Source: Planctomycetota bacterium (GTDB taxonomy: Bacteria > Planctomycetota > UBA1135 > UBA2386). Taken from it: 64,000 bases of DNA. Of the stretch, positions 44,856 through 53,596 are shown in pieces. The notes beneath the pieces are model-generated. The model was not told where the DNA came from, ran no database searches, and saw nothing but the letters and a program-made list of their open reading frames with translations. Each line of letters starts with the position of its first letter. Within the stretch, counting starts at the first letter, position 1. The position numbers and the translations under genes are program-made. The stretch is from positions 26,384 through 90,383 of the forward strand of contig JANQJF010000004.1 of NCBI GenBank assembly GCA_028281765.1, written 5' to 3'.

Positions 44856-46243
44856 GCAAGATGTGGGGCGGACGGTTCGAGGGCGGCCTCGATCCGTACT
44901 TCGAGGAGTTCAACCGGAGCACCGACTTCGACTGCGAGCTCGCGCACTTCGACCTGCTCGTCAACGCGGCCTGGGCCGCGGCGCTCGGCCACGCAGGGGT
45001 CCTCGAAGCCGACGAGGTCGAGCGCATCTGCGCAGCGCTCGAGACACTCCGGGAACAGTGGTCCGAGGAAGGCCTGCTGATCTCGGACACCACGGAGGAC
45101 ATCCACTCGTTCATCGAGCAACAGCTAACCGAGCTCGTCGGCGACCTCGCCCGCAAGCTGCACACCGGTCGCTCGCGGAACGACCAGGTCGCGACCGACT
45201 TGCGCCTCTACCTGTTCGAACGCGTCGCGATGATCATGAACGAGGCCCGCGACCTGATCGCGAGCCTCCTCGAAGTCGCCGAACAGCACAGCGCCACGCC
45301 GCTGCCCGGCTACACCCACTTGCAGCGCGCGCAGCCGATCACCGTCGGACATCACGCGCTCGCGTACGTCGAGATGTTCGGTCGCGATCTCTCACGCTTC
45401 ACGGATCTCTGGGAGCGCGCCGACTACTGCCCGCTCGGCAGCGCCGCGCTCGCCGGCACGGCGTTTCCGATCGATCGGGACGCGCTCGCCGAGTCGCTCG
45501 AATTCACGCAAGGCGCGACCCGCAACAGCCTGGACGCCGTGAGCGATCGCGATCACGTGTGCGAGGCGCTGTTCTGCTGCAGCATGGTGATGATCCATCT
45601 GTCGCGGCTCGCCGAGGACTACATCTTCTTCGCGAGTCACGAAGCTCGCTTCCTCGAGTTCTCGGACCTCGTCGCGACCGGCTCGAGCCTGATGCCGCAG
45701 AAGAAGAACCCCGACGCGATGGAGCTGATCCGCGGCAAGACCGGCCGGGTCGCCGGCTCGCTGCAGGCGATCCTCATGACGCTCAAGGGCCTACCCCTCG
45801 CGTACAACAAGGATCTCCAAGAGGACAAGGAAGGCCTGTTCGACGGCCTCCAGCAGACCGAGTCCTGCCTGATCGTGGCGGCGACCGCGGTGCGCTCGAC
45901 GACGTGGCACGAGGAGCGCTGCCGCGAGGCGTGCGAACACGGCTACCTGAACGCGACGGACCTCGCCGACTTCTGCGTCCGGAACGGCATGCCGTTCCGC
46001 GACGCCCATGAGGCTGTCGGCGCAGCCGTCCGCCGCGCGCTCGAGCTCGGCGTCGAGCTACACGACATGTCGGACGAGGAGCTCACGTCGCTGTTCCCCG
46101 CCCTCGACCTCGCCGTCATGCGCGACGCACTCGCGGTCGAGGGCGTGCTCGCGCGCCGCGACGTCCTCGGCGGCACGGCCCCCTCACGAGTCGCCGAGGA
46201 GTGCGCCCGCTGGCGGGCCGAGGTCGAGTCGTGGAAGGTCTGA
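44852..46243 (+). CDS. argH: Argininosuccinate lyase
   Basis: Motifs MWGGRF, TGRSRNDQVATD, GSSLMPQKKNPD. The start overlaps the argG stop (ATGA). Confidence 0.95.
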   Translation: MSKMWGGRFEGGLDPYFEEFNRSTDFDCELAHFDLLVNAAWAAALGHAGVLEADEVERICAALETLREQWSEEGLLISDTTEDIHSFIEQQLTELVGDLARKLHTGRSRNDQVATDLRLYLFERVAMIMNEARDLIASLLEVAEQHSATPLPGYTHLQRAQPITVGHHALAYVEMFGRDLSRFTDLWERADYCPLGSAALAGTAFPIDRDALAESLEFTQGATRNSLDAVSDRDHVCEALFCCSMVMIHLSRLAEDYIFFASHEARFLEFSDLVATGSSLMPQKKNPDAMELIRGKTGRVAGSLQAILMTLKGLPLAYNKDLQEDKEGLFDGLQQTESCLIVAATAVRSTTWHEERCREACEHGYLNATDLADFCVRNGMPFRDAHEAVGAAVRRALELGVELHDMSDEELTSLFPALDLAVMRDALAVEGVLARRDVLGGTAPSRVAEECARWRAEVESWKV

Positions 46244-46761
46244 CGATCCGGAAGGCGCGCGTCGCCGACGCGACCCGGATCCTCGGGCTCGTCAACGAAC
46301 TCGCGGTGCGCCAAGTCATGCTGCCGCGGTCCCCGGCGTCCGTGCTCGAGAACATCCGCGACTTCGTCGTCGCCGAGCAGGACGGAGAGTTCGTGGGCTG
46401 CGGCGCGCTCCACATCGTCTGGAGTGACCTCGCGGAGATCCGTTCGATCGCAGTCGACCCGGACGCGCAGACGCGGGGTATCGGCAAGCGGATGGCCGAG
46501 ACCCTGATCGACGAGGCGCAAGACCTCGGCATCGCGAAGCTGTTCGCGTTCACCTACGTGCCCGGCTTCTTCGACAAGCTCGGGTTCGCCGTCGTCGAAC
46601 ACGACACGCTGCCGCACAAGGTCTTCCAAGACTGCATGAACTGCCCGAAGTTCCAGGCATGCGACGAGATCGCAGTCGAGCGCGTGCTCGACGAGACCAA
46701 CAGCGTGTCGCTGCGGCGTGAGGTCAGCGAGTTGCCACGGCCAGCGCGCGCCGGGGACTGA
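46231..46761 (+). CDS. Single-domain GNAT acetyltransferase, short N-acetylglutamate-synthase-like
   Basis: Acetyl-CoA motif IAVDPDAQTRGIGKRM and a C-terminal CMNCPKFQAC motif. The frame overlaps the argH 3' end. Candidate starts are GTG 46201, GTG 46231 and CTG 46240. Confidence 0.7.
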   Translation: MEGLTIRKARVADATRILGLVNELAVRQVMLPRSPASVLENIRDFVVAEQDGEFVGCGALHIVWSDLAEIRSIAVDPDAQTRGIGKRMAETLIDEAQDLGIAKLFAFTYVPGFFDKLGFAVVEHDTLPHKVFQDCMNCPKFQACDEIAVERVLDETNSVSLRREVSELPRPARAGD

Positions 46762-46912
46762 GACGGGCTACCGTACGCCCGTTACGCCCGCTCGCGGCGC
46801 TGCGAGAAGTCCGCTGGAGCGCGGGGAAGAATTCCCTATGCTGCCGGGTGCGTCCGGATTCTCGCCACTGGTCGCTGACTCTTTACCTCACGTCTCGAAA
46901 GGCGAAACCTCC

Positions 46913-47359
46913 ATGCGTTCTCTCATCCACGCTCTGGCCCTGTCCGCGGCCGCTCTCCTTGCCGCTCCCGTCGCGGCACAGTCCTGCTCCGACCTGACGG
47001 TCGGTGGTGACGGCACCCCCGGCACCGCTCTGACGTTCGACGTCGCGGGCGCGCCTGCCAACGCCACGACGATCGTGCTGCTCGGCTTCCAGGAGATGGC
47101 GATCTCGGGCCCGTTCGGCCTCGAGCTCGGCATCGTCCCAGCCCTCGTCATCGTCGGCGGCTCCGCCGACGGCAATGGCGACTTCAGCGCATCAATCGAC
47201 ATCCCGGAGAACATCCCGGGCGGCTTCGACGCGTTCGCGCAGTCGCTGTCGATCGGCTTCTCGCTGCCGGGCCCCGGCGGCGGTGGCCCCCCGACCGACC
47301 TCTTCTCGTTCTGCTCGAGTGACGTCGAGGCGTTCACCGTCGGCACCCCGCCGGAGTGA
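46913..47359 (+). CDS. Small secreted protein (148 aa), distantly related to the recurrent two-Cys module
   Basis: Signal peptide MRSLIHALALSAAALLAAPVAAQ. The Gly/Pro/Ala-rich beta-type sequence has the same overall layout as the C-terminal modules of the adjacent nucleases. Start trimmed to ATG 46913. Confidence 0.6.
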   Translation: MRSLIHALALSAAALLAAPVAAQSCSDLTVGGDGTPGTALTFDVAGAPANATTIVLLGFQEMAISGPFGLELGIVPALVIVGGSADGNGDFSASIDIPENIPGGFDAFAQSLSIGFSLPGPGGGGPPTDLFSFCSSDVEAFTVGTPPE

Positions 47360-47375
47360 TCAACCGGAGTCTCTG

Positions 47376-47414
47376 ACGAGGTCGGCCCGCCAGGGCCGAC
47401 CTCGTTTTGATTTC
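47376..47414 (+). terminator. Rho-independent terminator (13-bp stem, 4-nt loop, T-tract)
   Basis: ACGAGGTCGGCCC-gcca-GGGCCGACCTCGT-TTTGATTTC, 17 nt after the stop at 47359 and 5 nt before the convergent gene end at 47419. Confidence 0.85.
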
Positions 47415-47418
47415 GGCA

Positions 47419-48675
47419 CTAATTGCCGAACTCGACGTCGATCCCGTTCGTGACGGCGATACTCCCGAACGCCGTGTCGACCGCGAGCCACTGCCCGAAC
47501 ACGTGCACGCCGATCAGCGGTGGATCGTTCGGCACGGGCGTCGTCCATTCGACGAAACCGAACACGTCCGTCGTACCCGGAACGGTGCCAACCGGAGTCG
47601 TGTAGAGCGTGCAGCCCACGAACCCGAGCACGCCGAGGTCGAGAGACGTCGCGGACAGTCCGAGGTGGAACGCGGCCAGCTGGTTGGCCGGTCCGAGCGC
47701 CATCCGGTAGGAAATCGGTTGCCCTATCGTCGGCGTCTGCGGGACGCTCAACACCGGCGCGAAGCCGACCGCGCGGCACCCCGCGCCGAACGGCGTCGCC
47801 GAGCCGGGCTGGGTCAGCCCCCAGACAATCCCCACCCATTCCGGGTGATCGACGAACGGGTTGCGGTTCTGCTGGTAGCTGAAGACGACATCGTTGCGAT
47901 CGATCTCTTCCTGCGTGACGGGGTCATCGAGGTGCCACTGGAGGAGAACCGAGAGCAGCCCCATGTAGGCGACCGACTCGTTGCTACCGGTATTCGACGA
48001 GTCGATCAGGTTGCGATCGTCGGTGAGCAGGAGATTCGGCTCGTCACGACCCGTCACGCCGTGCATGCCACCCTCGTATCGCACCGCCATGTAGAGCTGC
48101 GCGCGCGCGATGTCGCCCTTGCGGCTGTTCCAGACCTCCCACGCGCCGGACGTGAAGGAGCCGTCCGTCCAGTTCGAGTTGCCGGGATACACGCCGGAGC
48201 CTCCGCCCGTACCGTTCGTGAACGCGGTCGTGCGCTCGGTGTGGTTTCCGGCGCAGTTGTCGAACGGCTTGTTCGAACGCGAGGTGTTGTAGGAGTCGTT
48301 GCAGAGGAAGAGGTGATGGCAGTCCGTAAACGGCCCCCAATCATCCCCATCCGGGAAGCCATACGACCTCGGCCACGAGTGCTCGCGGTTGTAGTTGCTG
48401 TTCCCGCCGCCCTGCTTCTGGTAGCTGACGTTGCGATAGATGTCGACGATCCGGTTCGAGTTCGACGGATCCTCCATCGCGTCCTCGAGAATGTCCCAAG
48501 TGTCGGTGGAACCCGCGGTGTAGGGGAACTCGACGTGGTCGTCGATGACGTCGTGGAGGGACGCGCGCAGAGCTGCGGCAGAGCTGGTGTCGACCGAGTT
48601 GTAGTAACCCGGCGGTGCCTGGCAGACGGCGACGGACCCCAGCCCCAAGAGGAGGGGAAGGGAGAATTGATGCAT
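47419..48675 (-). CDS. Secreted endonuclease I family nuclease (paralog 1) with C-terminal two-Cys module
   Basis: Signal peptide MHQFSLPLLLGLGSVAVCQA. Endonuclease I-type motifs YNREHSWPRS, DCHHLFLCNDSYNTSRSNKPF, NRNPFVDHPEW. The C-terminal module (nt 47422-47805) reads FGAGC..LDLGVLGFVGCTLY..GQW. Confidence 0.8.
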   Translation of the reverse strand: MHQFSLPLLLGLGSVAVCQAPPGYYNSVDTSSAAALRASLHDVIDDHVEFPYTAGSTDTWDILEDAMEDPSNSNRIVDIYRNVSYQKQGGGNSNYNREHSWPRSYGFPDGDDWGPFTDCHHLFLCNDSYNTSRSNKPFDNCAGNHTERTTAFTNGTGGGSGVYPGNSNWTDGSFTSGAWEVWNSRKGDIARAQLYMAVRYEGGMHGVTGRDEPNLLLTDDRNLIDSSNTGSNESVAYMGLLSVLLQWHLDDPVTQEEIDRNDVVFSYQQNRNPFVDHPEWVGIVWGLTQPGSATPFGAGCRAVGFAPVLSVPQTPTIGQPISYRMALGPANQLAAFHLGLSATSLDLGVLGFVGCTLYTTPVGTVPGTTDVFGFVEWTTPVPNDPPLIGVHVFGQWLAVDTAFGSIAVTNGIDVEFGN

Positions 48676-48724
48676 CGCGCGGGATTGTAGCCCGAACCGG
48701 CCGTCGAACATCTTCGGCGTCGTC

Positions 48725-50023
48725 TTACTGCGAACCGAGCACCATCTTTCCGCCGTTGGATGCGGACAGATGGAGCTGCGCGGCCTCGAGAATCAGCCAC
48801 TGGCCGTAGAGCTCAAACCCGATCATGTTCGGGTCGTCGGGCACTTGCAGCGACACGAATGTGGAACCGAAGAACGACGTGTTGCCCGCGACCGGGATCG
48901 TCGGCATCGCGTAGATCGCGCACGTCGGGAAGCCGAAGAAGAACAGGCTGATCGCCGACTGCTGGAAGTCGATGTGCAGGACGACCGGGTTCAGCGGCAC
49001 CGAGTTCGCGAGCACGATGTCGAGGTTCGCGTTGATCGTCGGCGTGCCCGTCGTCGACAGCATCGGATCCAGGCCGTTGGTGCCCGGACAGGCCATGCCG
49101 TAGGACTCGAACAGACCGGGCGTCGGAGCCGGCCCTCCACCCCACAGCGTGCCGACCCAGCCCGGGTTGTCCACGAACGGGTTGCGATTGCCCTGGAACG
49201 TGAACACGGTGTCGTTGCGCTCCATCTCCTCAGCGTCCGGCGGGTCGTCCCAGTGCCACTGCACGAGCGTCGAGAGCAGTCCCATGTAGGCGACCGACAG
49301 CGGCGAACCGGTGCTCGAGGAACCGATCAGCGAACGATTGTCGGTCAGGATCAGGTCGGGCTCACTCGTCCCCGTCCCGCCGTGCGTTCCGCCCTCGTAG
49401 CGCACGTCCATGTAGAACATCGCGCGGGCGATGTCGCCCTTGCGGTGGTCCCAGACTTCCCACGAGCCGTTCGAGAACACGCCCGCGGTCCAGTTCGAGT
49501 TGCCCGGATACACGCCGCTGCCACCACCGACCCCGTTGTTGGGGAGCGTGGTCCATTCGACGCAGCCGGCGGAGCAGTTCGCGAACGGCTTGTTCGAACG
49601 CTCCGCGTTGTAGGAACCGTCACAGAGCCGCAGCTGATGGCAATCCGTGTAGGGACCGCCGAGATCTTCGATCGGGAAGCCGTAGGACTTCGGCCACGTG
49701 TGCTCGCGCTGATAGTTGCCGTTGCCACCGCCGACCTTCGCGTAGCTCGCGTTGCGGTAGATGTCGACGATGCGCGACGCGTTCGACGGATCCTCGTCGG
49801 CGGCCTCGAGGATGTTCCACGTGTCGGTCGAACCGGACGTGTACGGGAATACCGTGTGGTCGTCGATGACCGCGTGGAGGGTCGCGCGCAGCGTGGTCGC
49901 ATCCGTCGCGTCGACGCTCGCGTAGTATCCCGGCGGCGCCTGAGCAACCAGCGCGCCGCCGAGTAGCGCCATCGCGCAGGTTCCCGCGGCGCAGACTCGG
50001 GCGAAGGGGTGGAAGTGGTGCAT
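48725..50023 (-). CDS. Secreted endonuclease I family nuclease (paralog 2) with C-terminal two-Cys module
   Basis: Signal-like N-terminus MHHFHPFARVCAAGTCAMALLGGALVAQA. Motifs YQREHTWPKS, DCHQLRLCDGSYNAERSNKPF, NRNPFVDNPGW. The C-terminal module (nt 48728-49117) reads YGMAC..FGFPTCAIY..GQW. Confidence 0.8.
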   Translation of the reverse strand: MHHFHPFARVCAAGTCAMALLGGALVAQAPPGYYASVDATDATTLRATLHAVIDDHTVFPYTSGSTDTWNILEAADEDPSNASRIVDIYRNASYAKVGGGNGNYQREHTWPKSYGFPIEDLGGPYTDCHQLRLCDGSYNAERSNKPFANCSAGCVEWTTLPNNGVGGGSGVYPGNSNWTAGVFSNGSWEVWDHRKGDIARAMFYMDVRYEGGTHGGTGTSEPDLILTDNRSLIGSSSTGSPLSVAYMGLLSTLVQWHWDDPPDAEEMERNDTVFTFQGNRNPFVDNPGWVGTLWGGGPAPTPGLFESYGMACPGTNGLDPMLSTTGTPTINANLDIVLANSVPLNPVVLHIDFQQSAISLFFFGFPTCAIYAMPTIPVAGNTSFFGSTFVSLQVPDDPNMIGFELYGQWLILEAAQLHLSASNGGKMVLGSQ

Positions 50024-50105
50024 CGTGTCGCGAAGTGTAGCCAACGCCCGGGGACCGATCGGCAACAGTCTGGCCAATTCGACGGACGCCAGCGACGCGA
50101 CCCCG

Positions 50106-50111
50106 TATCAT
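50106..50111 (+). promoter_or_regulatory. -10-like hexamer TATCAT, 7 nt upstream of GTG 50119 (argJ)
   Basis: The sequence ccgTATCATctcggtcGTG. Confidence 0.35.
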
Positions 50112-50118
50112 CTCGGTC

Positions 50119-51279
50119 GTGAGTGCCGAACCGAACTCCGACCTGCCGCTTCCCCCGGGGTTCCGGGCCGGCGGCATGGCGGCCGGGATCAAGCGATTCG
50201 GACCGGATCTCGGCATCCTGGTTGCGGACGAAGCAACGCCGATCCACGCGGCGTTCACGCGCAACTCACTGCTCGGCGCGCACATCCCCGTGTGCCGCGA
50301 ACACCTGACGCAGAGCCACGGACACGCGCGGGCCGTCGTCGTGAACTCGGGCAACGCGAATTGCGCGACCGGACGAGAAGGCATCGCCAACGCGCGACGC
50401 ATCTGCACGATGGCCGCGCGCGTGCTGGACTGCCCGACGCATGAGGTGCTGAGCATCAGCACCGGCGTGATCGGTGCCCAACTCCCGATCGGCCGCATCC
50501 TCGACGCACTCCCGGAACTCTGCTCGCGCGCACGAGACGGCGGCGGCGGCGAATTCGCGCGAGCGATCATGACGACGGACACGGTGCCGAAGTTCGCGAC
50601 CGCGAACCGCGGCGACGTTCGCGTGACCGGCATCGCCAAGGGCGCGGGCATGGTCCACCCCAACCTAGCCACGATGCTCGCGTTCTTGCTGACCGACGCC
50701 AGCCCGGGTGACGATCTCGCGCGCACGTCGGGATCGATTCTCGAGCGGAGCTTTCACCGTCTGACGATCGACGGCGATACGTCCCCGAACGACACCGTGC
50801 TCTTCTGGCACGGCGCGACGCCGGACGGTGTCGTCGACGACGCGCTGCTGCACGTGTCCCAGGACCTGTGTCGCCAGATCGCCGCGGACGGCGAAGGCGC
50901 GACGCGGTCCGTGACGATCGAAGTCCGCGGTGCCGTCTCGAGCTCGCAGGCGACCGACGTCGGCCGAGCGATCGGGACGAGCCTGTTGACGAAGACCGCG
51001 ATCGCGGGCCGTGACCCGAACTGGGGACGCATCTTGTCGGCCGCTGGTCAGACCGCGACGTTCGATGCGACGCGCGCGCGCGTGTGGATCGGCGACGTCG
51101 ACGTCTACCGCGAAGGCGAGCCGCTGCCCCAGAACGAAAACGAAGCGAGCCAACATCTGCGCGAATCGACCGCGGTCTGCCTCGGCGTCGACCTCGCGAT
51201 CGGCGGAGAGTCTGCCGACGTGTGGACCTGCGACCTCACCCGCGACTACGTTTCGATCAACGCCGACTACCGGAGCTGA
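50119..51279 (+). CDS. argJ: Bifunctional glutamate N-acetyltransferase / amino-acid acetyltransferase
   Basis: Motifs GFRAGGMAAGIK, NSGNANCATG, IMTTDT, and the autoprocessing site GAGMVHPNLATMLAFLLTDA. Confidence 0.9.
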   Translation: MSAEPNSDLPLPPGFRAGGMAAGIKRFGPDLGILVADEATPIHAAFTRNSLLGAHIPVCREHLTQSHGHARAVVVNSGNANCATGREGIANARRICTMAARVLDCPTHEVLSISTGVIGAQLPIGRILDALPELCSRARDGGGGEFARAIMTTDTVPKFATANRGDVRVTGIAKGAGMVHPNLATMLAFLLTDASPGDDLARTSGSILERSFHRLTIDGDTSPNDTVLFWHGATPDGVVDDALLHVSQDLCRQIAADGEGATRSVTIEVRGAVSSSQATDVGRAIGTSLLTKTAIAGRDPNWGRILSAAGQTATFDATRARVWIGDVDVYREGEPLPQNENEASQHLRESTAVCLGVDLAIGGESADVWTCDLTRDYVSINADYRS

Positions 51280-51282
51280 CCG

Positions 51283-52284
51283 ATGACGAAGACACTTCGA
51301 TGGATCCCCTGCCTGGCACTGCTCGCAATGGGCGCACCTCGCGCCCAGGAAACTGAGACAGCACCGACTTCCCAACCCGCGTGGCGCGCTCTGTTCGACG
51401 GCAAGACGCTCGACGGCTGGTCGCGCACCGGCGGCAAGGCGACCTATCACGTCGACGACGCATCCATCGTCGGCACGACCAAGCCGAACACACCGAACAC
51501 GTTCCTGCGCACCGACGCGGAGTTCGGCGACTTCGAGCTGCGCCTCGAGTTCCTGGTCGACCCCGCGCTCAATTCCGGCGTGCAGTTCCGCAGTCAGCCA
51601 CACCCCAAGGGCACGATCTTCGGCTACCAGTGCGAGATCGATCCCTCGAAGCGCGCGTGGTCTTGTGGGATCTACGACGAACGCCGACGCGGCTGGCTCG
51701 CACCCCTCAAGGACAACGAACCGGCGCGCAAGGCCTTCCGTCAGGGTGAGTGGAACGCAATGCGCATCGAGTGCAGCGGGCCTCACCTGAGAACGTGGAT
51801 CAACAACGTCCTGGCCGCGGATCACCTGGACTCGATGACCCCCAAGGGCGTCATCGCACTGCAGGTCCACGGGGTCGGCAAGCGCAAGGATCCCCTCCAA
51901 GTCCGGTGGCGCAACATCCGCATCCGCGAGTACGGGGAACACCGATGGACACCGGTCCCGACCGGGTGGGATTCCTCCGACGACGGTCCGAGCCTCGCGA
52001 TCCCCGAACACGCCTCCGCCATCCGCTGGACCTACGCGCTCGAAAAGCCGATCCGCCTCGTCGGCCCGTTCGGCGAACTCACGCTGCCGAAGACGACCGA
52101 GAAGCGAAAGACACGCAAGGTCTCGGTCTCGCGCACCGGCAATCGATACGCCGTACACGTCGACGGCAAGCTGAAGCTCGACAACGCCGGCACGTCGAGG
52201 ACTCCGATCCGCCTCGAGGTCCCGAAAGACAGCGGCCCGCTCGAGCTCACCGATCCCGAGCAGCTCGTGCGCGTTCCCCGATAG
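51283..52284 (+). CDS. Secreted DUF1080 (3-keto-disaccharide-hydrolase-like, LamG fold) domain protein
   Basis: Signal peptide. Motifs WRALFDGKTLDGW, FLRTDAEFGDFELRLEF, NSGVQFRS, WNAMRIEC, IALQVHG. There is an extra ~110-aa C-terminal region. The start lies 3 nt after the argJ stop. Confidence 0.8.
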   Translation: MTKTLRWIPCLALLAMGAPRAQETETAPTSQPAWRALFDGKTLDGWSRTGGKATYHVDDASIVGTTKPNTPNTFLRTDAEFGDFELRLEFLVDPALNSGVQFRSQPHPKGTIFGYQCEIDPSKRAWSCGIYDERRRGWLAPLKDNEPARKAFRQGEWNAMRIECSGPHLRTWINNVLAADHLDSMTPKGVIALQVHGVGKRKDPLQVRWRNIRIREYGEHRWTPVPTGWDSSDDGPSLAIPEHASAIRWTYALEKPIRLVGPFGELTLPKTTEKRKTRKVSVSRTGNRYAVHVDGKLKLDNAGTSRTPIRLEVPKDSGPLELTDPEQLVRVPR

Positions 52285-52294
52285 ACCGACGCGT

Positions 52295-52711
52295 TCAGTC
52301 GCCCGGCACCTGGAGTCGCGTGCCTGCGGACACCGTGTTCGGATCGGTGATCGCGTTCAGGTCCGCGATCTCCTTCCAGCGCGTCCAGGTGCCGAGCGTG
52401 CGCTGGCTGAGCTGACCGAGCGTCTCGCCCTCGCGTAGCTCGGCGAACTGCGGCGGCTTCGGCCGCGGCTGCACGACCGGGCGCGGCAGTGGCACGATGC
52501 GGTTCGTCTCCCCGCGCGCAGCGGACGTACGCAGCGCGGTCTGCAGCACCGACTGCAGCGGCTCGCGGTTCCCACCGAGCTCGAGCCTCAGCGTATTCGG
52601 TCCGACCTCGGGCTCGACCGCGTCTCCGCAGCTCGTGCCGAGAAGCATCACACCCACCACCATGCACCGCCTCATGCCCCCCATCGTCCTGCGCGGATCG
52701 GACCGATTCAA
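52295..52711 (-). CDS. LysM-domain (peptidoglycan-binding) putative lipoprotein
   Basis: C-terminal LysM (GETLGQLSQRTLGTWTRWKEIADLNAITDPNTVSAGTRLQVP). N-terminal MRRCMVVGVMLLGTSCG lipoprotein-like signal. The true start is probably ATG 52675 or 52684 rather than 52711. Confidence 0.7.
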   Translation of the reverse strand: MNRSDPRRTMGGMRRCMVVGVMLLGTSCGDAVEPEVGPNTLRLELGGNREPLQSVLQTALRTSAARGETNRIVPLPRPVVQPRPKPPQFAELREGETLGQLSQRTLGTWTRWKEIADLNAITDPNTVSAGTRLQVPGD

Positions 52712-52738
52712 CGGAATGCGTTTGTCGTTGCGTCGAGC

Positions 52739-53563
52739 ATGCCGACACGCGACAAGAGGGTCGTGCGTCGCGTCCTGTTGAACGTTCTCCCCAAGATTGC
52801 ACTGTCGCGCCTAACCGGCTGGCTGACACGCATTCGTATTCCACAAGGCATGCGGGAACGGTTCTACCGATGGTTTGCGCGACGCTACGGAGCGTCCCTC
52901 GACGAGGTGGATCTACCCCTCGAATCGTTCCGCAGTCTCGCCGAATTCTTCTCCCGCCCGCTCCGCGACGGCGCGCGCCCGGTGTCGGCAGGCGCCGAAC
53001 TCGTGTGGCCGTGCGATGGCCGCATCGTCACCGCCGGACCGATCGACGGCACCCACATCCCACAGATCAAGGGCCACGACTACGAAGTCGGCGAACTCGT
53101 CGGCGACGCGTCACTCGCGGATCGATTGCGCGGCGGCAGTCAGGCGACGATCTACCTCGCACCGGGTGACTACCATCGCGTGCACAGCCCGTTCGGCGGC
53201 ACGCTGAACGCGGTGCGCTCGTTGCGAGGCACGCTGTTCCCGGTCAATCCGCCCGCCGTGCGCTGCATCCCCCGGCTATTCGTGCGCAACGCGCGGCGTG
53301 TGTTCGAGTTCACGCTCGACGACGGGCGCGCCGCCGCGGTCGTCATGGTCGGCGCGCTCAACGTCGGGGACATTCAGGTGAGCGCGGACCTCGGCACGCG
53401 CCTCGCGGCCGGGGACGAACTCGGCCGGTTCGGATTCGGGTCGACCGCGATCGCTCTCGTCGCGCCGGGCGGCGCGAACTTCGCCGACTGCGCCTCGGAA
53501 ACCGTGGTGCGGATGGGCTCCGCAGCCCCGCTCGTCCACGCGGAGCCATCCGCGAACGACTAG
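52739..53563 (+). CDS. psd: Phosphatidylserine decarboxylase proenzyme
   Basis: Motifs LAPGDYHRVHSP and the self-cleavage motif FGFGST. Confidence 0.9.
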   Translation: MPTRDKRVVRRVLLNVLPKIALSRLTGWLTRIRIPQGMRERFYRWFARRYGASLDEVDLPLESFRSLAEFFSRPLRDGARPVSAGAELVWPCDGRIVTAGPIDGTHIPQIKGHDYEVGELVGDASLADRLRGGSQATIYLAPGDYHRVHSPFGGTLNAVRSLRGTLFPVNPPAVRCIPRLFVRNARRVFEFTLDDGRAAAVVMVGALNVGDIQVSADLGTRLAAGDELGRFGFGSTAIALVAPGGANFADCASETVVRMGSAAPLVHAEPSAND

Positions 53564-53596
53564 TGCTCCTCGTCTGAAATCCGAGCGGAGCACTAG
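53560..53596. terminator. Hairpin shared by convergent genes; both stop codons lie inside the stem
   Basis: cTAGtgctcc (53560-53569) pairs with ggagcaCTAg (53587-53596), with an inner 4-bp extension (ctcg/cgag). No T-tract. Confidence 0.45.

Noticed and set aside
47419-50023. The two nucleases as a restriction or defence module.
   Set aside because: Both have N-terminal signal peptides and endonuclease I (non-specific periplasmic/extracellular nuclease) motifs. No methyltransferase, ATPase, immunity or sensor partner is adjacent. A role in nutrient or eDNA scavenging is more likely.
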